A stretch of 64,000 nucleotides of DNA from positions 1 through 64,000 of the IMG/VR virus record IMGVR_UViG_3300027679_000366; one strand, 5' to 3'. Below, in pieces: positions 18,088 to 26,879 of the stretch (position 1 is the first letter of the stretch; the number at the start of each line of letters is the position of its first letter). The notes beneath the pieces were generated by a model, which was not told the origin of the DNA, searched no databases, and saw only the letters and a list, made by a program, of their open reading frames with translations. The translations under genes were made by a program, and so were the position numbers. The DNA is from a virus. Its lineage: Duplodnaviria; Caudoviricetes.

Positions 18088-18216
18088 ATTGTACCTCAAA
18101 AGGTTTGGAGTACAACAAAGCAGTAAGGCTTTTAACGCACAAGGAGATGTATCAGAGCCATATTTTATAATGACGGAACCAGCGATTCCGTGATCCAGCG
18201 TAAAGGAGAAAATCAT
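18088..18216 (+). ncRNA. Candidate structured leader RNA
   Basis: ~130 nt of non-coding sequence almost identical in arm B, with three predicted hairpins. Confidence 0.55.
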
Positions 18217-18747
18217 ATGATACGCATCATCAAAACAGCAGTCTTTATTTTAGTAATGATACTAGTAGGATTAGCAGGGGTTAAGGCAGTGAATTACAAA
18301 CTGGACACCCTAAAAACAGCTCGTGAACAAGCGAGTCCGGTTACAGCACAAATAAGACAGAAACAACTAGACTGTCTAGCTCGTAACATATACCATGAAG
18401 CAGGCTACGAACCTTTTGAAGGCAAGGTTGCAGTGGCTCAGGTAACAATCAATCGTGCAGAAAGTGGACAATTTCCCAGTGACATCTGCCAAGTAGTATA
18501 TCAAAAGAACATAGTGTACGAACGGGTGCTTTGCCAGTTCAGTTGGTACTGTGAAAGTGCCACTGTTAAAAAACCCATGAATGGCCCTGTGTATACAGAA
18601 AGTATGGAAGTGGCCAAAAAAGTATTGTTAGAAGGATTTAGATTACCCTCCATCAAAAATGCTCTTTACTTTCATGGCGACTACATCAATCCCAAATGGG
18701 GTAAGCAACCCGTGGCCAAAATTGGCCGACACATTTTTTATAATTAG
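18217..18747 (+). CDS. SleB-like cell wall hydrolase (Hydrolase_2) with N-terminal TM anchor
   Basis: CLARNIYHEA, GKVAVAQVTINR, QFSWY, IGRHIFY. Confidence 0.92.
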   Translation: MIRIIKTAVFILVMILVGLAGVKAVNYKLDTLKTAREQASPVTAQIRQKQLDCLARNIYHEAGYEPFEGKVAVAQVTINRAESGQFPSDICQVVYQKNIVYERVLCQFSWYCESATVKKPMNGPVYTESMEVAKKVLLEGFRLPSIKNALYFHGDYINPKWGKQPVAKIGRHIFYN

Positions 18748-18755
18748 GAGATAAT

Positions 18756-19103
18756 ATGAATTTGAATATTTTAACAGAACGCATCAAAAATAGCATTAGT
18801 GATCTTTTTAATTTGGATTTGTGGGTTAAAAACGTTAAAGAACATGCGCCACAGGTCAGCGCAGAAACTATGGGCTGGCTAGCTGGCATTCTAATGCATT
18901 TGGCCACGATCCCAACCATGGTAGCAGTACTCACAGGGCTAACTGAAAAGATGCCCCCTGTGGATCTAGTGCTGTTTGTTTGGGCTGGTTTATTTGCTTT
19001 GTTTATTAAAGCAACTATCCAGAAGGATCTATTAAATATTGTTACAATAGGATTTGGATTCTTTGTGCAGGCCGCTTTGTTAGCACTTATTGTGTTCAAA
19101 TAA
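18756..19103 (+). CDS. Small three-TM membrane protein
   Basis: Three hydrophobic segments; directly after the hydrolase; homolog 40701-41036. Confidence 0.7.
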   Translation: MNLNILTERIKNSISDLFNLDLWVKNVKEHAPQVSAETMGWLAGILMHLATIPTMVAVLTGLTEKMPPVDLVLFVWAGLFALFIKATIQKDLLNIVTIGFGFFVQAALLALIVFK

Positions 19104-19186
19104 CTTGCTTTCAGTTTAGCCCTAATGTACAATTACTCATTAGGGCTAATTGCTGATAAATATATGATATTAATAGGAGCATAATA

Positions 19187-19771
19187 ATGCCATCAGGATT
19201 TCAACAAGACACCAATCAGCTACAAGCTGAAATGTACAGAGTGGTTGTTACAATGAGTAACACCACATTCTACCCAACCGCAACCGGTAACGACAACGGT
19301 GGAGTAACGCCAAATTCATGGGACTCGTTTGCTACCCTACCAACCACATTGGCATTGAGTCAAGCTCGTGCCAGAGGTAACATGCGTTTCCGTAACATTG
19401 TTAACCAATTAACTGGTTTGACAGATGTGCAATTACGCGATATTACAATTACAGAAGCTAATGGTGATGCCCAAGCAACCAGTCTAGCATTTACATTGCT
19501 AATCGAGCGTCCAGCATTTATCAATGTAACCGGTACTGCAATTGACGCTTCGACTGCACTTACAACTACAGCACTTGTGCTTAAGAATGAAGTAGCCAAG
19601 GCAATTCGTCTAAGCACTAGTGCTAGTTCACGTGTGTATGATCCAACTAGTCCAACTACCCCAATGGGTACTCAAGTATCAATCACCGCCACGCATACAG
19701 GCGCTACTGCTACACAAACTTTTGGTACAGTGGCAGTTACTTTAATTGACGAATCAACATTGTTCGATTAA
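19187..19771 (+). CDS. Probable virion structural protein
   Basis: Thr-rich, TAAATA upstream; ARARGNMRFRNI shared with 40037-40612. Confidence 0.65.
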   Translation: MPSGFQQDTNQLQAEMYRVVVTMSNTTFYPTATGNDNGGVTPNSWDSFATLPTTLALSQARARGNMRFRNIVNQLTGLTDVQLRDITITEANGDAQATSLAFTLLIERPAFINVTGTAIDASTALTTTALVLKNEVAKAIRLSTSASSRVYDPTSPTTPMGTQVSITATHTGATATQTFGTVAVTLIDESTLFD

Positions 19772-19778
19772 GGACTAG

Positions 19779-21023
19779 ATGATTTTAGCGTACTTACTAC
19801 TATTAACTGGTTTAACGATATCTGCGGTCGCAATCTACTATAGTGTAGTAGGTCTGACCGCAATATTTTCTGCCGCGGCTATCCCAATTATCATCATGGG
19901 TTCAGCTTTAGAAGTAGGCAAACTGGTGTGCGCCAGTTGGCTCAAAGCCAACTGGACTCGTGCTCCTGCTTACATGAAGTACTATATGATTTCAGCAGTG
20001 GCTATACTGATGCTGATTACCAGCATGGGTATCTTTGGATTCCTTTCCAAAGCACACAACGATCAAAATTTAGTGAGTGGCGATGTCCAAAGTAAGATTG
20101 CTATCTATGATGAAAAGATCAAAACAGCACGAGACAATATAGATGCAAACCGCAAAGCTCTTAAACAGATGGATGAAGCTGTGGATCAAGTCATGGGCCG
20201 AAGCAGTGATGAAAAAGGTGCCGAAAAAGCTGTTCAAATTAGACGCAGTCAGCAAAAAGAACGTGCAAGGCTCCAGTCTGAGATCACCGCTGAACAAAAA
20301 ATTGTTGCCTCCGTTAGCCAAGAGCGTTCTCCAATCGCGGCAGAAGTACGCAAGGTTGAGGCTGAAGTAGGACCAATCAAATACATTGCCAAATTCATCT
20401 ACGGTGATAAAGGTGCAGATGAAAACATGTTGGAAAAAGCTGTCACATGGATCATCATAATGATTGTTATTGTGTTCGATCCTTTGGCAGTTATCATGTT
20501 GCTGGCCGCACAAATGACATTTGGTTGGCGCCGCGAAGGCACAGAACCTGTTAAGCCTGTAAGCATTAGCGACTTTGTTCCTCAACCCACAGAACACATT
20601 CCCAACAAAGAAACAAAAGAATCTGAAGTTGAGTATACTATTTTGGATGACCATCACGAACCGGATTATCCTGAACCAATCACAACAGCAGATCAAACTA
20701 CAAATATTAATCAAACTGAGGCACCAAGCGAAACGCCTGTTACAGCACTAGGAGGTGATATAACTGGACAGGAATCGTCAAATCAAGAATTTCCACAGCC
20801 AATAGAGCAATGGAACAACATGATTGCAGAGGCAGAAGCAGAGGCAAACAAAGAAATAGTTGAGAAGGAAGCTCGTAAATATCAAATACTTCCTGAACTT
20901 GTTGAACATACCAACGAGCGAAATAAGCCTGATCTTACTGAAGTTATAGAACCCATCGACTCAAAAAAAAAGACTTACATGATGAAGGCTCCGGACGGCT
21001 CAATACAGATCAAAAACCGTTAA
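19779..21023 (+). CDS. Multi-TM coiled-coil membrane protein (DUF4407-like)
   Basis: Three N-terminal TM helices, coiled coil, VFDPLAV TM, acidic tail; A9G slippery run at 20963-20972. Confidence 0.75.
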   Translation: MILAYLLLLTGLTISAVAIYYSVVGLTAIFSAAAIPIIIMGSALEVGKLVCASWLKANWTRAPAYMKYYMISAVAILMLITSMGIFGFLSKAHNDQNLVSGDVQSKIAIYDEKIKTARDNIDANRKALKQMDEAVDQVMGRSSDEKGAEKAVQIRRSQQKERARLQSEITAEQKIVASVSQERSPIAAEVRKVEAEVGPIKYIAKFIYGDKGADENMLEKAVTWIIIMIVIVFDPLAVIMLLAAQMTFGWRREGTEPVKPVSISDFVPQPTEHIPNKETKESEVEYTILDDHHEPDYPEPITTADQTTNINQTEAPSETPVTALGGDITGQESSNQEFPQPIEQWNNMIAEAEAEANKEIVEKEARKYQILPELVEHTNERNKPDLTEVIEPIDSKKKTYMMKAPDGSIQIKNR

Positions 21024-21292
21024 TAAGTAACGACTATGTACAAAACGCAGAACAAGGCGTTGATACATTATGGTCACGTATTACTGAACGTTCAACTTTA
21101 AAATTAAAAGATCAACTATATGTTGAATATGGCCTAGACCAATTTGCAGGCATAATTGTTGACAAAGAGGCAGAGCCAGAACTTTATGATTTTGTGGAAG
21201 ATTGTAAAACCAACGGCGCCCGTTTTTACGGATACCCAGAAGATAAAATGGAATATTTTGCAAGAAGGATTTATGAGCTTAGGAAAGATTAA
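20972..21292 (+). CDS. -1 frameshift alternative C-terminus of 19779-21023
   Basis: Open frame DLHDEG...YVQNAEQGVDTLWSRI...[13 protein letters not shown] with no suitable start; conserved in arm B. Confidence 0.8.
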   Translation, partial: DLHDEGSGRLNTDQKPLISNDYVQNAEQGVDTLWSRITERSTLKLKDQLYVEYGLDQFAGIIVDKEAEPELYDFVEDCKTNGARFYGYPEDKMEYFARRIYELRKD

Positions 21293-21677
21293 TTTGATAA
21301 CACCACCAGATAAGCTGTTCAATATGAACTTAGGCTATCTTTTGGTAAAACCAAGTGTATATGTTAAACAACAATTTCAAACTATATTGAGTCACAATAT
21401 GGAAGAAATTAATGTATTCGTTTACGACGAGAATGAACACGATATCGATTGGTTACTTAGTGTGGCCAATCAATGTGATGTTACTATAATAGATGTCGAC
21501 AACTGTGACCCAATTACTCAAAAATTTATCACTTATTTGTTAGCCCAGCCCAACACACACTATATAACTAACGACGAGATTACTCCTTATGGATTAATCA
21601 ACAAAAATAGAATTTACAATTTGGACTGGATTGTACAGCAAATGGACGATAACGAAGAGGATGAAACTGATGAGTAG
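21273..21677 (+). CDS. Conserved phage hypothetical protein
   Basis: [10 protein letters not shown]...IDVDNCD...NRIYNLD; homolog 38166-38582. Confidence 0.85.
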   Translation: MSLGKINLITPPDKLFNMNLGYLLVKPSVYVKQQFQTILSHNMEEINVFVYDENEHDIDWLLSVANQCDVTIIDVDNCDPITQKFITYLLAQPNTHYITNDEITPYGLINKNRIYNLDWIVQQMDDNEEDETDE

Positions 21678-21906
21678 AGAAAAGCGGTATGATGGTAATC
21701 GTGTTACTGTCAAAGATAATGAAAACATAACACAGGCACTGCGTAGATTCAAACGTAAGATTGAAGACAGTGGACTTTTGGACACACTCCGTAAAAAAGA
21801 GTTTTATGAAAAGCCAACTACTGAACGCAAACGTAAAAAGAGTGCGGCCGTAAATCGATATAAAAAGAAACTTGAAAAAGAGCAATTACCTAAAAAAATG
21901 TATTGA
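21670..21906 (+). CDS. rpsU: Ribosomal protein bS21
   Basis: [17 protein letters not shown]...EFYEKPT.ERKRKK. Confidence 0.93.
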   Translation: MSREKRYDGNRVTVKDNENITQALRRFKRKIEDSGLLDTLRKKEFYEKPTTERKRKKSAAVNRYKKKLEKEQLPKKMY

Positions 21907-21931
21907 CGTAGGCTAGTATACCTGTTATAAT
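21903..21931 (+). promoter_or_regulatory. Sigma70-like promoter
   Basis: TTGACG-17 nt-TATAAT; arm B has TTGACA...TATACT at the equivalent site. Confidence 0.7.
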
Positions 21932-21959
21932 TTAAGTTCACAATTAAGAAAGAATTTAA

Positions 21960-22544
21960 ATGGCCAATACGGATATTATGATTGACTTGGAAACACTGGC
22001 AACATCTACTGATGCTACGATCCTAACAATTGGTGCTGTGAAGTTTGACCCTTTTGGGAAAGACATCGAAGAACCCGCAATGGATTCTTTCTATGTTAGA
22101 GTAGACTTGGATAGCTGTGACGAACTTGGACTTGCAGTTAACGATGACACTATAGCATGGTGGGCACAACAAAGCCAAGAAGCACAGGACGAAGCCTTTG
22201 GAACAGAGGGCCGTATTCACATCCGCGAAGCTATGGAAAAACTTTACAAGTTTTGCTGGGGCGCCAAGCGTGTATGGGCTAATGGTGCTTGCTTTGACAT
22301 TCCAATTTGCGAAACTGCATATCGCAAACTTAACAAAGCAATCCCATGGAGTTTCTGGCAAATACGTGATGTGCGCACTGCCTTTGACTTGGGTATCGAT
22401 CCTCGTCGTCCAACTGTAACAGCACACCACGCATTGCAAGATGCATACAATCAAGCAGTAGGAATACAAAATGTATATACACTTTTGCGTAGCAGTACGA
22501 CAAGAGAAGGTAATTACATTACACCTTTTAAAAATGAAAGATAA
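21960..22544 (+). CDS. DEDDh 3'-5' exonuclease (Rv2179c/DUF5051-like)
   Basis: MIDLETL, WANG..FD, RDVRT, HHALQDA. Confidence 0.9.
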   Translation: MANTDIMIDLETLATSTDATILTIGAVKFDPFGKDIEEPAMDSFYVRVDLDSCDELGLAVNDDTIAWWAQQSQEAQDEAFGTEGRIHIREAMEKLYKFCWGAKRVWANGACFDIPICETAYRKLNKAIPWSFWQIRDVRTAFDLGIDPRRPTVTAHHALQDAYNQAVGIQNVYTLLRSSTTREGNYITPFKNER

Positions 22545-22546
22545 AA

Positions 22547-22831
22547 ATGGACTCACAAACTAAAGAAGTAATGGACATTCTCCAGGAAGAATGTGCTGAA
22601 GTAATTCAAGCGGTAAGTAAAATCAGCCGTTTTGGTATTGACAATTTCAAACCAGGTAAACCTAAAACCAACAGAGAACATCTTGAAGAAGAACTTGGCG
22701 ATTTACAAGCTATGGTGGAAATCCTACAAGAGCTTGATATTGTAAGCTGGACTAATATTGAACGTGCGGCCGAAGCCAAACGTGAAAAACTCAAAATTTG
22801 GTCCAATATCTTTAAAACAGAGAACGTCTGA
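22547..22831 (+). CDS. MazG-like NTP pyrophosphohydrolase
   Basis: LQEECAEVIQ...LEEELGD. Confidence 0.85.
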   Translation: MDSQTKEVMDILQEECAEVIQAVSKISRFGIDNFKPGKPKTNREHLEEELGDLQAMVEILQELDIVSWTNIERAAEAKREKLKIWSNIFKTENV

Positions 22832-22843
22832 GATAAATAAATT

Positions 22844-22898
22844 TGTAGTGCGCCGTAAGGGCCTACATATTCTTGCTTAATTAAAGGAGAACAATATG
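22844..22898 (+). promoter_or_regulatory. ROSE-like RNA thermometer of dnaK
   Basis: 5' hairpin, then TTCTTGCTT pairing with AAGGAGAA and leaving a bulged G. Confidence 0.7.
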
Positions 22899-24806
22899 AG
22901 CAAAATCATCGGTATCGATTTAGGTACAACAAATAGCTGTGTAGCAATCCTAGAAAACGGAGTTGCCAAAGTAATTGAAAATAGCGAAGGTGCTAGAACA
23001 ACACCATCAATCGTGGCTTACACCAAAGGCGAGATTCTCGTTGGTGCTACAGCTAAACGACAAGCAGTAACAAACCCAAAAAATACAATCTACGCCAGCA
23101 AGCGCCTTATTGGCCGCAAGTTTAGCGAGAAAGAAGTACAGAAAGACATTGGTCTAATGCCTTACGGTATTGTCCAAGCAGACAACGGTGACGCATGGAT
23201 TGAAGCCAATGGCGAGAAATTGGCTCCACAACAAGTGTCAGCTGAAGTACTTCGCAAAATGAAAAAGACTGCTGAAGACTATTTAGGTTATGAAGTAACG
23301 CAGGCAGTTATTACTGTACCAGCTTACTTTAACGACAGTCAGCGTCAAGCAACCAAAGATGCAGGACGTATTGCCGGCTTGGAAGTACTGCGTATTATCA
23401 ACGAACCAACTGCGGCCGCACTGGCATACGGTGTAGACAAACAAGACAAGAAGGATCGCAAGATTGCAGTATACGACTTGGGTGGTGGTACATTTGATAT
23501 CAGTATTATTGAAATTGCCAACATTGACGGCGACAAACAAATTGAAGTGTTATCAACAAACGGCGACACATTCCTTGGTGGTGAAGACTTCGATCAAGCC
23601 ATTATGGATCATTTGGTTGCAGTTTTTAAGAAAGAGTCTGGCATTGACTTGAAGAAAGATATGCTTGCCCTACAACGTTTGAAAGACTCAGCTGAAAAGG
23701 CCAAGATTGAATTGTCCAGTGCGGCCAGTACAGATGTTAACTTGCCATACATCACAGCAGACGCAAGTGGCCCTAAGCATTTGAACGTTAAATTAACTCG
23801 TGCTAAGTTTGAACAAATGGTCGAAGACTTGATTACTCGTTCAATTGAACCGTGTAAGACAGCCATGTCAGATGCTAATGTCACTGCCGCAGACATCGAC
23901 GAAGTTATCCTTGTTGGTGGACAAACACGTATGCCCAAAGTACAAGAAGCAGTTGAGAAACTGTTTGGCAAGGCTCCACGCAAAGACGTTAACCCAGACG
24001 AAGCAGTGGCCGCTGGTGCCGCCATCCAGGGTGCTGTGTTGGCCGGCGACAAGACAGATGTGCTGTTGCTAGACGTTACACCATTGAGTTTGGGTATTGA
24101 AACAATGGGTGGAGTGTTTACCAAAGTTATTCAAAAGAACACAACTATCCCAACCAAAGCTAGCCAAACGTTCAGTACTGCTGAAGACAATCAACCAGCT
24201 GTAACTATCAAAGTTGGTCAAGGCGAACGTGAACTATTCAAGTTTAATAAGATACTGGGCGAATTCAATCTCGACGGCATTGCCCCAGCACCACGTGGCA
24301 TGCCACAAGTTGAAGTTACCTTTGACATTGATGCCAATGGTATCATGCATATCAGTGCTAAAGATAAAGGCACTGGTAAGGAAAATAAGATTACAATCAA
24401 ATCCGATAGCGGATTGACGGAAGCTGAAATCCAACGCATGGTACAAGAAGCTGAACAAAACGCAGAGTCTGATAAGAAAGCCAAAGAGCTCATTGAAGCA
24501 CGTAATCAAGCTGATGGTGCCACACACAGCTTCAAGAAAGACTTTGAAGAAGTTAAAGAACAGTTGACTGAAGAAGAAAAGACAGCCGTTGAAACTGCAC
24601 TTAAAGGTGTAGACGATGCAGTAGTTGGAGAAGATCCAGAAGCTATTCAAAAATCAGTCCAAGCAGTTTTCGAAGCAGGCAAACCTGTATTTGAAAAGAA
24701 GCAGGCCGCTGAGGCCGCAAAGAGTGCCGCACCAGCTGACCAGCCTGCCGAAGGGCAAACAGTGGATGCGAGCTTCACAGAAGTTGACACACAGACAGCA
24801 AAGTAA
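22896..24806 (+). CDS. dnaK: Hsp70 chaperone DnaK
   Basis: [32 protein letters not shown]; full length. Confidence 0.98.
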   Translation: MSKIIGIDLGTTNSCVAILENGVAKVIENSEGARTTPSIVAYTKGEILVGATAKRQAVTNPKNTIYASKRLIGRKFSEKEVQKDIGLMPYGIVQADNGDAWIEANGEKLAPQQVSAEVLRKMKKTAEDYLGYEVTQAVITVPAYFNDSQRQATKDAGRIAGLEVLRIINEPTAAALAYGVDKQDKKDRKIAVYDLGGGTFDISIIEIANIDGDKQIEVLSTNGDTFLGGEDFDQAIMDHLVAVFKKESGIDLKKDMLALQRLKDSAEKAKIELSSAASTDVNLPYITADASGPKHLNVKLTRAKFEQMVEDLITRSIEPCKTAMSDANVTAADIDEVILVGGQTRMPKVQEAVEKLFGKAPRKDVNPDEAVAAGAAIQGAVLAGDKTDVLLLDVTPLSLGIETMGGVFTKVIQKNTTIPTKASQTFSTAEDNQPAVTIKVGQGERELFKFNKILGEFNLDGIAPAPRGMPQVEVTFDIDANGIMHISAKDKGTGKENKITIKSDSGLTEAEIQRMVQEAEQNAESDKKAKELIEARNQADGATHSFKKDFEEVKEQLTEEEKTAVETALKGVDDAVVGEDPEAIQKSVQAVFEAGKPVFEKKQAAEAAKSAAPADQPAEGQTVDASFTEVDTQTAK

Positions 24807-24819
24807 TATAATGTAAACA

Positions 24820-24875
24820 TGCAGGATGCCTACGGGGTCCTGCAAAGTTCTTGCTTAAAAGGAGAAACTAAAATG
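24820..24875 (+). promoter_or_regulatory. ROSE-like RNA thermometer of hsp20
   Basis: TGCAGGAT...GTCCTGCA hairpin, then TTCTTGCTTAAAAGGAGAA. Confidence 0.75.
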
Positions 24876-25301
24876 CAACAACTAAGAACTATTGACACAG
24901 CCGCTCTAGCACAATTGAGCAAAGCACTAGTAGGATTTGATCGATACTTTAATGTACCACATCATGTAAACAGTAACTATCCTCCACATAATATTGTGAA
25001 GTATAGTGATGATACATACGCAATTGAAGTAGCTGTAGCAGGCTTCACTAAAGAAGAAGTCACAGTTGAAGTGGATCAAGACCAACTAACAATCCGTGGT
25101 GTAAAAGATCGTCCAAACGAAAATACTGGACAGATTGAATATCTACATCGTGGATTGGCCGCACGTGACTTCGAGCAAATATTTACTCTAGCAGAGTATA
25201 TGATTGTAAGGGGTGCTAAAGTGGAGAATGGTATGCTACAAATTGATATTCAACGTGTAGTACCAGACGCACTAAAACCACGTCAAATCACAATTAAATA
25301 A
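24873..25301 (+). CDS. ibpA: Small heat shock protein (IbpA-like)
   Basis: NYPPHNI, AVAGF, YLHRGLAAR.F, NGML.I. Confidence 0.93.
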   Translation: MQQLRTIDTAALAQLSKALVGFDRYFNVPHHVNSNYPPHNIVKYSDDTYAIEVAVAGFTKEEVTVEVDQDQLTIRGVKDRPNENTGQIEYLHRGLAARDFEQIFTLAEYMIVRGAKVENGMLQIDIQRVVPDALKPRQITIK

Positions 25302-25351
25302 AGTAAATAACAATGGAGGGGGCGACTCCTCCATTAACCCGGAGAACTAAA

Positions 25352-25654
25352 ATGGCAGGCACTGATATCCAACTAGACGAGAAAATTAAGGTCACTGTAC
25401 AAGAACCTAAACGTTGGAAAGTCATAGTACTTAATGACGACGCAACTCCTATGGATTTTGTAGTTGGCGTACTTGTTGAAATCTTCAAGCATACAGACAC
25501 AACTGCTAGAGATATAATGATCACTGTACACGAGCAAGGCGCTGGCATTGCAGGTGTATACAGTTTTGAAATTGCAGAAGCCAAAGCAGTTGAATCAACT
25601 CAACTTGCTAGGTCTAACGGATTTCCGCTACAGATAAAATTGGAAGAAGAATGA
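25352..25654 (+). CDS. clpS: Clp protease adaptor ClpS
   Basis: LNDDATPMDFV, VHEQG, EIAEAK. Confidence 0.93.
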   Translation: MAGTDIQLDEKIKVTVQEPKRWKVIVLNDDATPMDFVVGVLVEIFKHTDTTARDIMITVHEQGAGIAGVYSFEIAEAKAVESTQLARSNGFPLQIKLEEE

Positions 25655-26196
25655 GCTTAAAAGACCTAACATGGGAACATCACAAGTACGCTGAAACACG
25701 CCCGTTTGTTAAGGTATTGTTTTCAGGTAAGATTACTCCAGAAGCATACGCTACATATCTTTATAATCAGCACAAGTGTTATGACTTGTTAGAAGCTATG
25801 GCCATGATGCATGGCCTAATGAATGACTATCCTGCAATACGCAGAGCTCCTGCCATTCATGCAGACTTTTTAGAACTATGGACTGATAAGAAAAAACTAC
25901 CAAATCAAGTGCCATCGGTACAGGCGTATCACGACCATTTACTATCTATCAAAGACGATCCTAAAAAGATTCTAGCACACTTGTATGTTAGACACTTTGG
26001 AGATTTGAGTGGTGGACAGATGATTGCCAAGCGTGTTCCAGGCAGTGGAAAATATTATCAGTTCGACGGCGACACAACAGAAATTAAAAACATCCTACGT
26101 GCCAAACTAGATGACAGTCTAGCAGAAGAAGCGGCTGTGTGCTTTAAGTTTGCGGCTGACATGTTTGACGACTTGGAAAAGGCTGTCAATGAGTAA
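25651..26196 (+). CDS. hemO: Heme oxygenase (HemO/HO1-like)
   Basis: LKDLTWEHH..AE proximal His; AHLYVRHFGDLSGGQ. Confidence 0.92.
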   Translation: MSLKDLTWEHHKYAETRPFVKVLFSGKITPEAYATYLYNQHKCYDLLEAMAMMHGLMNDYPAIRRAPAIHADFLELWTDKKKLPNQVPSVQAYHDHLLSIKDDPKKILAHLYVRHFGDLSGGQMIAKRVPGSGKYYQFDGDTTEIKNILRAKLDDSLAEEAAVCFKFAADMFDDLEKAVNE

Positions 26197-26869
26197 AGTC
26201 TGGGATACGCTAATAGGTATACAGCAGTTACTAGAAGAAAGTTTTGATGCTACTGGGAAGGAAACCTTTGAGCCAGGCATGGATCGTTTCAATCAGCCCG
26301 GTTGGGTTAACAGAGTGTGGACTAGCGAATCCTATCGTAGAGCACACGTTGATGTTGTAGATGCCCGTGAGTCAAAAGGACTTTGGATGATGCACTGTTG
26401 CATATTTCCACATACACACAATCCAGCACCAATATACGGATTTGACGTTATAGCTGGTAAGAATAAGATTACTGGATGCTTTCATGATTACTCAAAAGCC
26501 GGAGATGCTGGCCATCCAATGATGGCTTGGTTCCACGACGAAGTAGCCAAACTGGAATGGCGCAGAGAACGTGCGCTACCTGAATGGGCCACTAACATAT
26601 TCAGCGGCAGTATGGTGGCCGCGGCCAATGTACAAGATGAAGAAGAACTGGAGCAGATTACAAATCTAGCACGTACCACAGTTGCTCACTATCTAAGCAC
26701 AGTAGCAGAAACTAACAATACTGCTGAAAACACTACAGAAGCACAAAACTACTACGCACAGAATCAGAAATGTAACCCTCATACACCACGTGTAATGGTT
26801 AGTTTGGGACTAAGTGAGGCGGATGTACAGCATTTCATACAGGAATGCCTGTTCCCTGAAATAGTATAA
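26189..26869 (+). CDS. pcyX: Ferredoxin-dependent bilin reductase, PcyX/PcyA group
   Basis: RRAHVD, MHCCIFP, PIYGFDV, LPEWA.IFS, QN.Y..NQ..NPHT; adjacent to heme oxygenase. Confidence 0.85.
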   Translation: MSKVWDTLIGIQQLLEESFDATGKETFEPGMDRFNQPGWVNRVWTSESYRRAHVDVVDARESKGLWMMHCCIFPHTHNPAPIYGFDVIAGKNKITGCFHDYSKAGDAGHPMMAWFHDEVAKLEWRRERALPEWATNIFSGSMVAAANVQDEEELEQITNLARTTVAHYLSTVAETNNTAENTTEAQNYYAQNQKCNPHTPRVMVSLGLSEADVQHFIQECLFPEIV

Positions 26870-26879
26870 ATATTACACT

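Noticed and set aside
21156-21272. N-terminal extensions in the ORF track (e.g. 21156, 24819, 25313, 26150, 33046, 37387, 38645)
   Set aside because: They are not conserved between arms and overlap regulatory hairpins or other frames; downstream ATG starts are shared by both copies.
23609-24124. 171-aa antisense ORF in dnaK, also present at 35735-36250
   Set aside because: It is a shadow ORF produced by the codon pattern of a conserved hsp70 gene, with no RBS or independent features. The same applies to the antisense ORFs in nrdA, nrdB and iscU.
10371-26869. Bacterial chromosome origin because of dnaK, rpsU, iscU, sod and clpS
   Set aside because: Cognate operon partners (dnaJ, grpE, iscS, hscAB, clpA) are absent, and the genes are interleaved with virion genes and T4-like late motifs.
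25651-26869. Cyanophage assignment from ho1/pcyA-like genes
   Set aside because: No psbA, hli, petF or cpeT is in the window; IscU/IscA, DnaK and NrdA look proteobacterial; the reductase has the PcyX-type residue pattern.
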